A stretch of DNA of 53,029 nucleotides, counting the filler, from Ionaspis alba (lineage: Eukaryota), in NCBI GenBank assembly GCA_964255285.1. It is 3 parts of 3 records of this genome, joined end to end, with 100 filler letters (N's around TTAATTAATTAA, not from the genome) between each part and the next. Parts side by side here need not be neighbours in the genome. Positions count along the whole stretch, not along the records: positions 17,729 to 35,355 come from CAXUUL010000316.1; 2 more parts are not named here. The stretch is one strand, 5' to 3'. A program made the position numbers and the translations under genes. This document shows positions 22,221 to 33,350 of this stretch, one piece after another. Below the pieces are notes generated by a model that saw only the letters and a program-made list of their open reading frames with translations, was not told where the DNA came from and made no database searches. How positions within the stretch are numbered: position 1 is the stretch's first letter; the number at the start of each line of letters is the position of its first letter.

Positions 22221-23213
22221 TCACAACGACGCTGAATACCGATCTCCTGCTTCTTTGGAGGTCAAAAATGTACCAACAATCTGCATAAAAGCATCTCTCT
22301 CCTCAAAGTGCGTTAGGTGGCCTGAGTGAGCGAACTGCACCCAAGTGATATTGGGAACCTCATGGTAGTAAGGCTCTACAACATCATCCTGAGCCTGATC
22401 GTAGCGTCCATTGATTAGCAATGTCGGGACATTGATTTTGTGGGCGTCAGGAACGATGGTCCAGCCTTTGAGCAGTCCAGTTATGGCGAACTCTGAGGGA
22501 CCATTCCTGTGGCAGAATCAGCATATTCCTCGTGGGAAGAAAAAGTACACTCGCATTGTCATGAAGACTGTAGGGTCTTTCCCAATCCAAGATGCGCAAG
22601 CCAGGATCTCAGCCGGCCAGGGCTTCATGGTGCATAGATGACGCGAAAAGAAGACACCCATAGCGCCTTCATACTCCTTGCTGCTGGTGGTTCCAGCGTC
22701 TTCGTGCTTCTTCATGGTATCCTGTACATCTTGTGGCAACTCAGCCCGAAGTCTGTTCTGCGCTTCTTCCCATAACTTCATATCAGAAGGTGCATTTGCT
22801 AGCACAAGCCTCTTCAATCCTTTCGGATGACGAATGGCATGACGAGCACCAAGCATGCCGCCCCATGAGTGTCCTATGATATCGTAGTCGTCTTGTATTC
22901 CTAGATGATTGAGCAGATGTTCCAACTGATCCAGGAACAATTGGTCTGTCCAAAACGAGGCGTCCCCCATCTTGTCAGGAAAATGAGTCGAATAGCCAGT
23001 GCCGACTTGGTCATATAGGACTATCGGAATTCCGTATAGAGAAGCTAGGTCCGATAGAGACGCGATCTCGTCATGACTGACGCCGGGCCCGCCATGGAGA
23101 CCAATAACAGGGCGGATTCCAGACTTCAAGTCACCGGAGACTTTATACCAGGTCTTGTATGTCAATTCGCCAGTTTGGGACGAGTACTCCAGTTCACCTT
23201 CCTTGACTTCCAT
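22221..23213 (-). CDS. Proline iminopeptidase / L-amino acid amidase (alpha/beta hydrolase, S33), 2 exons
   Basis: LHGGPG, YDQVGTG, GHSWGG nucleophile elbow, TM-NGPSEF, LINGRYD, SGHLTHFEE. Intron 22507-22554. Confidence 0.92.
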
Positions 23214-23984
23214 ATTCGATATCGATTTGTGAGGTCGAATTGTTATGGATGTCCATCAGAAGCAACTTATGAGATTTTGTATCTACCCATCGGCAAACAC
23301 TCCGCTCTGTTGCCTAGAGTTGAGCGGACATGATTTTGACATGCATTACTATGGGGTTTCCTAAGCTTGTTAGGGCATACGGTGGTGCAGCCTTGGCACC
23401 AGAGCTAGGCTACGGCAGGCACCCGCAGTCGGAGTTATGCTGGAAAATTAGCCCTAGCTTGGTAAAGCGTAAACTTGCATAATAAGATTGGCTCAGAAGT
23501 ATTCAATTGTGTTGTGGTCGCTATTGCTAGTACATTCTAGCATTCCTCCTCGCATCCATACAGTCCTCACACTTCCAATCTAAGGTCTACAGTAGGAAGA
23601 ATACGATGACCAGTGACAACCCAAGGACAATACGCTGGCCTCCTATGAGAAAGACATCCGATCTCAATCGTGCTGCAGACCCCGTGAACGGCTGCCTCAT
23701 TTGTGAAGTCCTGCTTCCAGAGACAGTTTGGCTTCCTTATAATCCTGTGATTGTGTAGTACTAGATCCACCAGCAATGTAGCTCCCAAGTCCTTTTGATG
23801 TAGTACCAGTTCCTTCGGACCCCGCTCCAGGGCTTTTACTAACGTCTACTGAAGGTATCCGGAGTTATATTCGAGTTTGAAGATGACATATAAGGGTATG
23901 CCCTCTAATCAACTTCTCCAATAGTTGTAGGACAGTGCTCCTAATCTAAGCTGCATACCTCCTGAAACACCATCTCCAAGCCTT

Positions 23985-26125
23985 CTACTTTGATTCTCTC
24001 GAAGCCAGTTTCTGCTTCGCCTCTCGCGCGTCCCTCTCATGATCATCCATAATCTTCTGCATCCCGTCGGGGCCTAACTTCTCCTGCAAGTACGCTCGTA
24101 CACCAGGATCTTCCAACCCAAGTGAGTCTGCCCAGCAAAGGGGCGAACACTCCGGGCCTGTATATACAGGCGCACCTGCCTCCACAAGAAGCTTCACGAC
24201 CTTCAGCCAACCACTGTTTGCAGCGCAGTGCATTGCCGTAAAACAATGATGCGATTTAATGGTGCAATCCGCACCAGCAGCTAGCAGCAGCTCGACAGCG
24301 GCAGCAGAGATGGCCTGCTCGTTGCTGTCGATGAATGATCGGTGGCGGTGGGGAGCCCATGCCCGGCGCAAGCGCAGCAGACCGGCGTAGTCATCGACTA
24401 TATTGTATCTATGCAATCCTCGGTCATAGATTTGTCGGGATCCGAAAAGCATAGAGTCCTCCGCGCTGCACGCGAGATGGAGGGCAGTGTAGCCGTGTTT
24501 GTCAGTCCGGTTTAGTAGGAACTTGTTTGTGCGAATGAGGTCTGGTAGATGTGAGATGTTTTGGTTCCAGACCGCGCGATGAAGTATGGTCCAGTCACTA
24601 GGGTATGTCAATGCTGACCTTGTGGAAGCATGGGGAAGACTTACGACGGCGGTCCTTTCGTCAAGTCTCCATTTGGATCAGAAGCCGGAATAGGGTCTTT
24701 AACTACCTTTTCCGTAGCAGGTGTATTTTCTATTTTCTTCTCCCTGCTGCTCGAATCTGTGCTTTTCTCCTGAGAAGCTTGGGTCGAAGGGTCGCTGGCA
24801 GAAGACTGCTGGTGTTCTATGGCAGGTGATCTCTCAAGAGTGCGGATTGCGAGCTCTTTAGTGGGGCGCTCTTGCTGCGACTCCTGTTCTCTCGACTGCT
24901 CTTGCTGCAATTGCTGTTCTCTTGAATGTTTCAGGTATCTCAGATTGCAGGCTTCGATGATCTTGTCGGCCCATTTTCTCTCCTCCATGGCCCAATTTCT
25001 CTGCGTTGTAACCTTTGCAAAGGCATCACGGAAATTCCAGTCTCCATCATGTGTATCTTCAAGTAGTTCCGGCCTGTACGATCGCAGCAGCTCTGTAATC
25101 ACGGCAATAGAAGTATCCCGAGCTTGTTGGTGAAGCTCCTGTCCTGTAAATGCAGATTCGTCGGGTATCTCTAGATTATAAGCACGAGAAAAGAAGCTGG
25201 AAGCTCTTCGAAACGCGTCTTGACCAGTCTCCTCTTCTATTTTGTAATGACTCTTTACCTCTGCTCCCTCGTAATGGAATCCAAACGGCGGAAACACTTT
25301 GTCAGTCCTGTAGCCAAATGGGCCAAAGGCAAGAGTGTGCGCAATTGAGTACAAGAGCTCGGTATAATCCACGGCAGGCTCTTCCAATGGCCCGTCACTG
25401 CTGAGGCTACCGTTGCCTCGTTCTTCTTCTCGGACCAGAGGCGAGTATATTGGTGATCTCCACCCTACACGAGTCTTGCAACCCCATAGTCCGGACCGCA
25501 TGTCTTTGACATAGATGACTCCAGAGTGGGTACCTGGATAATATGCTGAATCAGGCACATTGATCTCCCATTCGATCAGAGGGTCAGTGGGATCCCCTTC
25601 GAATGCGCGCCATTCGGTGGATATAATGATGACAGCGAGCTTCGAGCCTGGAGGATAGTCCGTGATCCAAACTCCTCCCTCGCACCTTGCCTCTTCGGAT
25701 GCCCCTGGCCATAGTTCTTGGTCAAGGATGCCTTCGTCTAGGGTTTGCCAAGGTGGTTTGCGAAGCAATTTGATCTTGTGCTGCCTGAAAGCCTTGACAA
25801 AAGAGGCCTTGTACAGCGCTTGCAACTCTAAGTGAGTTGCCGCTGCTGCTGCGGCATTGTTCGATGCTATTTGAGAAGACTCCGCTGTCACGATGGAGTG
25901 ATCAGAGTGCAACGTCTGGCTTGGGCCAGCTACGAGCTGTTAGACTCGAGCGGTTGGCCTGCAAGACTCAANNNNNNNNNNNNNNNNNNNNNNNNNNNNN
26001 NNNNNNNNNNNNNNNNNNNNNNNNNNNNNNNNNNNNNNNNNNNNNNNNNNNNNNNNNNNNNNNNNNNNNNNCCTGCAAGACTCAACGTATAGTTGCCTTC
26101 ACTTACTCAAGGTTGATTTGACCAT
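23985..26125 (-). CDS. Orphan N-terminal domain plus C-terminal ankyrin repeats, about 638 aa, 3 exons (26107-26125, 24645-25929, 23985-24597)
   Basis: Intron 24598-24644 (GTAAGT..ATTGAC..TAG) fuses the 423-aa and 208-aa track ORFs in frame. Intron 1 (GTAAGT at 26106, CTAAC..TAG at 25930) spans the N gap. Ankyrin motifs WTILHRAV, GYTALHLAC, ELLLAAGAD, TAMHCAANSGWLKVVKLLVEAGA. Confidence 0.78.
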
Positions 26126-26687
26126 CCGAGCACGGTGGATTCGCAAGGACGTTAACTTCTGAGTAGATCGATCTTGCCTCGAGATCCTGCGCACAGTATC
26201 TAAAGCTCTCACGAACTGTTCCTAGTAACGCTGCAAGGACTCAGATTTGAAGGCTTTTTGCACGATTTTAAGAACATCCTAGCGTGAATCATGATGGTGC
26301 GTGGCGTTTGATAACCGTCAATTAGTCCACAATAACCAAAGTCATAAACAAGGAGTGTACGCCCGGACTGATGGTATAGCTAGGTAGTAAGTATCGAAAC
26401 GGCCTGGACAACGCGGGTAGGTTCGTGTTTGAGTAGGGAAAGCAGATAGTTGAAGCAATAACGGTTGTGAACATATCCATCAGCGAGAGAAATCGTACCA
26501 TCACGAAGTCACGGGCTTTGGTGTAATCACAATTGCAGTATCTCCAGCACACTTCTCCGATGCTATCCGGATAACACATCACCTCTATACTTGAACGGAG
26601 AACTTAAATCATTCTCCACTGATTGTGATTCGTTCTCAGTCGGCTATCTACAGAGCCGTCCCTGTCAATACATCAACAACGTAATGT

Positions 26688-28596
26688 CTACCACCCGCCC
26701 CCAATCTTTCCTGCTAATTCCACAACTCTTTCCATATCCCTCCCTTTGTCCTTCCCCACATCACTCTCCACAGTGCGATAAGTCGTGTACAGCAACCGGT
26801 CAAGCTCCAGCCCCGTACTCGATGCCCAATGATCCAATAGAGCCTTCACCCTGTTCGTATCTATGCCGTTGACGATTCCCCCATCACTATCCTCATTCAC
26901 GCTCCCATCCTCATCACCTCTCGAATCACCTTTCTCCTCTTCACTCTCCTCCTCCATGGAAAAATATGCCTCATCCACCCTTCCCAACCATTCCCTCTGC
27001 CCCTCTCCCCTCTCAACTCCCTGAAGTATCCCCACATCCTCAACCTTGATCTGCCCACCTCCATTCGTGCAACCCCCGGGACAAGCCATGACCTCCACAT
27101 ACGCATAGTCAACTTCTGCCTTGCCAGCCGGCTTCCTGGCGCCGATGGCCTTGCCACCAGGGAGTCGGCTCTTTTTCACCGGCTTGAGTTTCCGCACTAG
27201 ATTCTGGATGTTCCGGAACCCGTAGTAGCGGGCTGCGCGGAAGAGCACCTCGGAGTCGCATATGAGCGTGTAGTCGACGACATCGGCGTTGCGGCCGCGT
27301 GTGCTCACGATACTACTGCTTGGGTGCAGATTCTGTTGGGTGCGCAGGATGTGCCAGAGATAGCCTCCTGAGGAGCCGGTCTCAGGGGTTTGAAGTTGAC
27401 GTCGACGGTGAGAGGACTTGGGTATTCGGTGATCTAGGGATTGGCGGTCGGGAAAGAGGAAATCGTCGATTTGGGTGTCGGGAAATGGAATTCGTGTCTT
27501 TATGTCAAATGGTTCTCGGGGGAGGAGGGGAAAGCTGATACCGCGTGTTTCGGCCAGCATGAGGACCTCGCGCGCTGTAATCACACAGTCAACATCGCGA
27601 ATCGGTAGGGCTGTTGATGATGCAGATTCCGAGCTCCAGTGAGCGTCTGTGAGTTCTGATCGAGAGGCTTCGAGTTTTTTGTCGAAGCAGGGCATGATTG
27701 CTAGATGCCATATTTGGTCGGCACGGATGTTGAGCTTCGTCGAAAGCATGGTCTTGAGAAGTGTGCCCGTCAGGGCCTGTGGAGATTTGAGGCGAGAGAG
27801 ATGTGGAAGGACGTGAGGATGGGTCTTTTCGGCATAGCATATCCACCCGGGACAAGCCGACGTAAGAATGGGTTTTCTGGGTTGTGAAGATACAGTTCCA
27901 TCCTCGGCTGCATCGGCCGTGGGGTTCTGATTCAAGGACTCGTTCATTACCTCCTCAGCACCCATTACCAGACATGCCTCCCGCATGGCGTTTGTATCCA
28001 CCACCCACGTAAATTTGTTCCCATATTGGCCTCCAGATTCGAGTCCGTTCGGTCCACTCAGGAGCTGCTCGAGCATCCAACCAGCTTCCTGCTCAGTGGT
28101 ACCGTACGTTGCTGCAAGACTTGCACGGACTTGAGGACTGACACTTGCGACGAATATCTTGCCTCCCCCTCTTGTTTGATTGTGTGTGGTTCCAAGCTGT
28201 GTTGCTATGTCGTCTTCATGGTGTGCTTGTAAGGATTCGAGAGGTATCGAAGGGCCGCAATCGAGTGCGTGCAGGACCTCTGAATGTGACTGCAGCGACA
28301 CAAGGACAGCCTCTGCTGAAGTCACACATCCTGAACAGGCCAGACAGTCTGTCAGGGAGATCTGTGCCGGGGTTGGAGGTTCGGAAGGTAGTTTGTCCTC
28401 AGTGGTAACTTCGTAAGGATTCTGTAAGCACTTAGGCACAGATTTATAGAAGGAGGCTGTGAGAGGCAGTAAAATGTAAAGTACGTACTGCGGACTCTGT
28501 AGCCTTCTGTGACGGTAATGTCTCGACTGGCTTGATACACGCGACGCCGGGAGATATAAAGTCGTTGAGATCATCCGCAGAAAGAATAGCGCTCAT
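26688..28596 (-). CDS. NAR1: Cytosolic Fe-S assembly factor Nar1 (iron-only hydrogenase-like), 2 exons
   Basis: [23 protein letters not shown] (exon 1, intron 28422-28488), [66 protein letters not shown], terminal W. Confidence 0.96.
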
Positions 28597-29050
28597 TTCC
28601 ACAATCACTCAACAGGCTGAACGAAAGATGCGAATCCAGTCGTTGATGATATTGCAAGTTTTGCATCTGAATACGCAAGGTATCGAGGGCCACTGCTAGT
28701 ACAGACGCAATTGAAGATTCGAGGTTATCTGAAGATATCGAAATATTGTATCTCTAGAATAACTCTTTGGTATGTGGCGCATGATTTCAAACATAAAAAA
28801 CATTGTTATCGGCCGATGACGGAATTTTTCTGTCTATGGCAGAACTTCACCGCTTTGGAAACACTTATCCCAAGTGAGCGCACTATCGGGTCACATGGTA
28901 CGGGTCTCCAGACTCTGGAGTCCAGAGTCGCCTTTGCAATAACTAGTATGGGATTTTATGGATTTGAGCAAAGGAAAATTGGAGATCTTACGATCTTATA
29001 GTTTTACCGGTATCGTACGTGCATGAAAACATACTGTGGAAATTATTGTC

Positions 29051-29058
29051 AAAAAAAA
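29051..29058 (-). terminator. RNA polymerase III terminator (T8) of the tRNA-iMet gene
   Basis: Run of 8 T on the minus strand beginning 7 nt after the discriminator base. Confidence 0.85.
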
Positions 29059-29064
29059 TTGTCG

Positions 29065-29136
29065 TAGCAACAGATAGTTTCGATCTACCGTCCTCCGGGT
29101 TATGAGCCCGGCGCGCTTCCGCTGCGCCATGTTGCT
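29065..29136 (-). tRNA. Initiator tRNA-Met (anticodon CAT), 72 nt, intronless
   Basis: Minus strand reads AGCAACATGGCGCAGCGGAAGCGCGCCGGGCTCATAACCCGGAGGACGGTAGATCGAAACTATCTGTTGCTA. It has an A1:U72 pair, a G-C-rich anticodon stem, and T-loop ATCGAAA (A54), all eukaryotic initiator hallmarks. Confidence 0.96.
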
Positions 29137-30314
29137 TCACAATTAACTGAATCCTTATTTACACTTATGTTTATTTAGTAACAGAGCAGCAGATCGTCTA
29201 TTAAAGCGAACACTTCGCTGACTTTGCGATTATTTTTCATATCTCGATTTGGAAATTCATGTTATCTACGCCGTTGGTGACAATGTTGTCAAAGTCTGCA
29301 CTGGTCTCCAGAAACTTCACAATTACATACAGATCAATGTACGTGAAAGGTGCTAATGTTGCACACTTAATTCTGAGTTCACAAACGAGAGAAGACCTTG
29401 TTGTGGTATTTTGTATGGTCCCTGCACAGGAGGAATCAAGAAGTCCTGTGTCACAACCCCTTTTTTCTACATTTGCTGCAGCACTTTGGGAGAAGGGAGA
29501 AGGCTGCCGCATGGGAAGTCCAGACCAAGATGCAGCAGCTCATGTCATGCACATGCCCGCCATTGGACCAAGATCATGCCTTGCGCAGGTCCAATGGGTT
29601 CGACCATGCATGCACTCCAATATGTCAGACCCAACGACTGCCTTCCACACTCTGATGTCNNNNNNNNNNNNNNNNNNNNNNNNNNNNNNNNNNNNNNNNN
29701 NNNNNNNNNNNNNNNNNNNNNNNNNNNNNNNNNNNNNNNNNNNNNNNNNNNNNNNNNNNCATGCATGCACTCCAATATGTCAGACCCAACGACTGCCTTC
29801 CACACTCTGATGTCTTGAGGTTGTCGGTAGCCATCACTTGGTGTGGCAGACATGCGACTCACGGCGATACTACTTTTGGCCATCATAGTGACCAGATCAA
29901 TCGACTAATACATGAAAAGATCTTCTTGTGCACATGTCTTAATCATTGACATTCCCACATTATCCTCTTCTGACCGGATCGCTCTACCTCACGTAGTCCC
30001 TTTGCCGCTACTCCTTCGTCCCAGGGGTTCAGAGATCGGGGGAATCGCGGGTAGGGCTGTCTTTGCCAACCGCCAAAAACCCACGCAACGCTCTCTCTCA
30101 CTTCTGAACACAGCTATCTCATCTTTCTTTTTATGTGTCCAGAGGATTGTGGCAAGTCTGCACCGCGTATTCCCCTCAATCGGTGGTCGTCACCAGTCTA
30201 GATACACTCTTTACTGTCCCAGCTGTCACAACTGCCATTCTACTACCACTCTTTCATGCCTGAGTAGACCTCGTCCCTCCTTTTACCCCCCAATAGGGGC
30301 GCGAATCCGCCAAC

Positions 30315-32660
30315 ATGGATTCCAATCGCTTGCAACTCAACTTTAATGGCGGTCGAGGGAACGGAGTGAACGGCTATGTCAATGACCGCAACTACCAAAC
30401 ATCGAACGACCGCGTTTATCCTACGACCCCCTCGACTTTCCCGCACCCTGTCTTCTCCCCACTGCGTGGACCTTCGACCAATGACTATCTAGGTGGTCAA
30501 GTCCAAAGCCCTAATACTAACGGCTACGGTGCAGGTGCCAATGGAGGGTACTTCCCGAACACACAGTTCCAGTCGCAATATGGGCAATCTCAACAGACTC
30601 AATACTCGAGCCAGTATCAGCAACAGAACATGCAGTCACCTCAGCCAGCTTTCTCCCAACGACAGGGTGGTTACGCCACGAATGATCCAACCACAGGGTT
30701 GGCGCGACAGTTCTCGAACCAGAATCTAGGAAGCAACCAACGTCAGACAAGCCCATATGGTCGCCAGCCTTCTCCAAACCAGCGTCCTCGTACAGGAGGT
30801 GCTACATCACAACAAAACTATGGAAACCACTTGACTTTACCTATCCCTGGCAATACCAATGCTTCGCAGTCCCTATCATCTCAAGACCCACCAGAGCAAG
30901 ACCCCAACAAATACTCCGATAATATTTCCAAAAAGGTCACTGGTTTCGGGCTCTTTATTAAAGAATGGTTCAAGACTAAAGCCGAGGGTACACGGGACCG
31001 TAATGAGCGGTAAGAGTACCCGCAGCAGGTATGAAAAGGATGTGCACTGATATCCAGCCAGACGACAGAAGCTCGAAGAGTACTGCAATTCGCCGATGGT
31101 ACGAGACCAGGACAAAAGAGAAGAGGCGCGGAAACTGTATATGGCCGAGCTAGAACACATGCGAAACATCCGGAAGAAGCACTTACCCACGAATTTCACA
31201 ACTGTGAAGATTATCGGCAAAGGTGCTTTTGGAGAGGTCAAATTGGTTCAGCAGAAAGCCACTGGTACGGTCTATGCACTGAAATCTCTCGTCAAGGCAG
31301 AGATGTGGAAGAAGGATCAATTGGCCCACGTGCGCGCTGAGCGTGATTTGTTGGCTGAAGCAGATAGTCCATGGGTGGTGAAGCTTCATCTGGGTTTCCA
31401 GGATGAGACTTTCTTGTACATGTTGATGGAATACCTGCCTGGTGGGGACCTGATGACTTCTCTCATACGATATGAAATCTTTACGGAAGATGTGACGAGG
31501 TTCTACATTGCGGAGATTCTGCTGGCTATTGAAGCTGTGCACAAGCTGGGTTTCATTCATCGGTATGTCTTAATCCCAATAATTCGGGAGCTACATTTGC
31601 TCTTGCTCTGTTTTTCCCAGAAACTTCATGCAAACACAGTATCAGTATCCTGCACACGAACACTACTGTATAATGCTACGTGAAGATATTTCTGGCCGAT
31701 TTGCTTTTTGTCTACATCAAATGATGCATCCGATCCTGACGATTATCACAGTGATATCAAACCCGACAACATTCTTATCGACGCAGAGGGACACATCAAG
31801 CTCACTGATTTCGGATTGTCCACCGGTTTCTCCAAGGAGCACGAGGGCTCTTATTACCAAAAACTCCTTAAGGGCGTTTCCGCCAAAAAGGACAATCGGC
31901 ACTCGATTTCCCTGGATCAGATCAACCTTACTGTCAGTAACCGTCGTCAAGTCAATGACTGGAGACAGTCTCGTCGTCGTCTGGCATACTCTACAGTCGG
32001 AACACCTGATTACATTGCTCCTGAAATCTTTAGTGGCCAAGGTTATTCGTACAGTTGTGACTGGTGGTCATTGGGAGCTATCATGTTTGAATGTTTGATC
32101 GGCTGGCCTCCTTTCTGTGCTGATCATCCTCACTCGACGTAAGAATTTCCATATTTCTCGGATCTCATTTCCGCTTATCAAAGTGGAAAATTGCTAACGG
32201 TGCTATCAGCTATCGCAAGATTGTCGATTGGCAGTACACGCTCCAATTCCCCGAAGACTGTGTTCTCAACCAAACGGCAGAACATCTCATAAGGAGGTAA
32301 ATCTCGTCTTGTCTTTACATCCCCCTTAGAGACCAACTCTAACCCTTTTCAAGTCTTCTTTGTGACGCGCCGAATCGTCTTGGCCATGAAGGTCTCAACA
32401 ACGGCGCCCAAGAGATCAAAAATCATCCCTTCTTCGATGGCGTAGCATGGGATCACCTTCGCATGATCAACGCTCCCTTCAAACCTAAGCTCAACTCGCT
32501 CCTCGATACTTCCTATTTCCCTTGTGAAGATCTCGACCAAACCGATTCGGAAGCTAAATGGCGAGCGGAGACTGCAGCACTATCCAAGGATCACGCGGCC
32601 GAGATGAATCTGCCCTTCATTGGCTACACGTTCAAACCATTCAGCTACAAGGCCAATTAA
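30315..32660 (+). CDS. COT1: NDR-family Ser/Thr kinase COT-1/Cbk1, 5 exons
   Basis: Gln-rich N-terminus, [52 protein letters not shown], hydrophobic motif LPFIGYTF. Introns 31010-31061, 31563-31751, 32139-32209, 32297-32353. Confidence 0.95.
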
Positions 32661-33350
32661 GTCCTTGACTGTGGTCTTCTTTCTTCGAGCATCTACTGTC
32701 TGGTACCTCGAAGTGCTCGGAGATGTTCGAGCTGCGCTTCTCTTTCACGAAATCGAGATTTCTAGCATCATGTGGCGGCTAAATTTGCATCGTCGTGCGC
32801 AACGACTCGATCATTCTATTTGTTGGCGGGGTCTGACAGTTCAATACAAGTTCTGGCAGCTTTTCTTTTCGGGCTCACATTCACTGGATACCTACCTCTT
32901 TAGGCAAACTTCGATGTGCGAACTGGCACGTAAAGGCATTACTAGGGCACAGATTGCTCAATCGCTACACAGTTGCTCTGTTGCTGCACGAGCTGCACTA
33001 TCCATTCGATCACCTGCTCGAGATATTCTATGGTCGAATTCTCTTTGTCTTTAGATGGGCACATACAGAAGATCTTCAGCAGTCTCTGTTGAGCAGCTTC
33101 CAAAGGGTTACAGGCACAAGACAGGCTGGGAAATAACAGAGTAGACTGTCCCTAGAACTGTTCCGGAGAGGTATCGTCACACAAAGACAGCACAAAATAG
33201 AGCAGAGATCATGGTAACATTCGAAATCTAGCTGCAGTATGCTCGCTCCGTGCCAAATGTTTCACCTTGAAGCAATCAATCATGGCGGTCTCGAAGACGT
33301 AGATAAGAATCAAGATCGAATATGCCAACTCCCACGTCTCATAGTTGCCT

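Noticed and set aside
23567..23900. Coding-like fragments between the peptidase and the ankyrin gene
   Set aside because: Frames are short and interrupted, with no consistent splice model or recognisable homology. I cannot support a pseudogene call without a search.
26291..26371. Possible C/D snoRNA (ATGATG ... CTGA)
   Set aside because: The C box is imperfect and I could not match the sequence before the D box to an rRNA target.
29237..29512. Minus-strand ORF containing KFLETSA, resembling the G5 box of Rab GTPases
   Set aside because: No G1, G3 or G4 motifs are visible in nearby frames. A single short match is probably chance.
31563..31620. Stwintron (nested intron) in COT1 intron 2
   Set aside because: Removing the putative internal intron does not rebuild a valid external donor.
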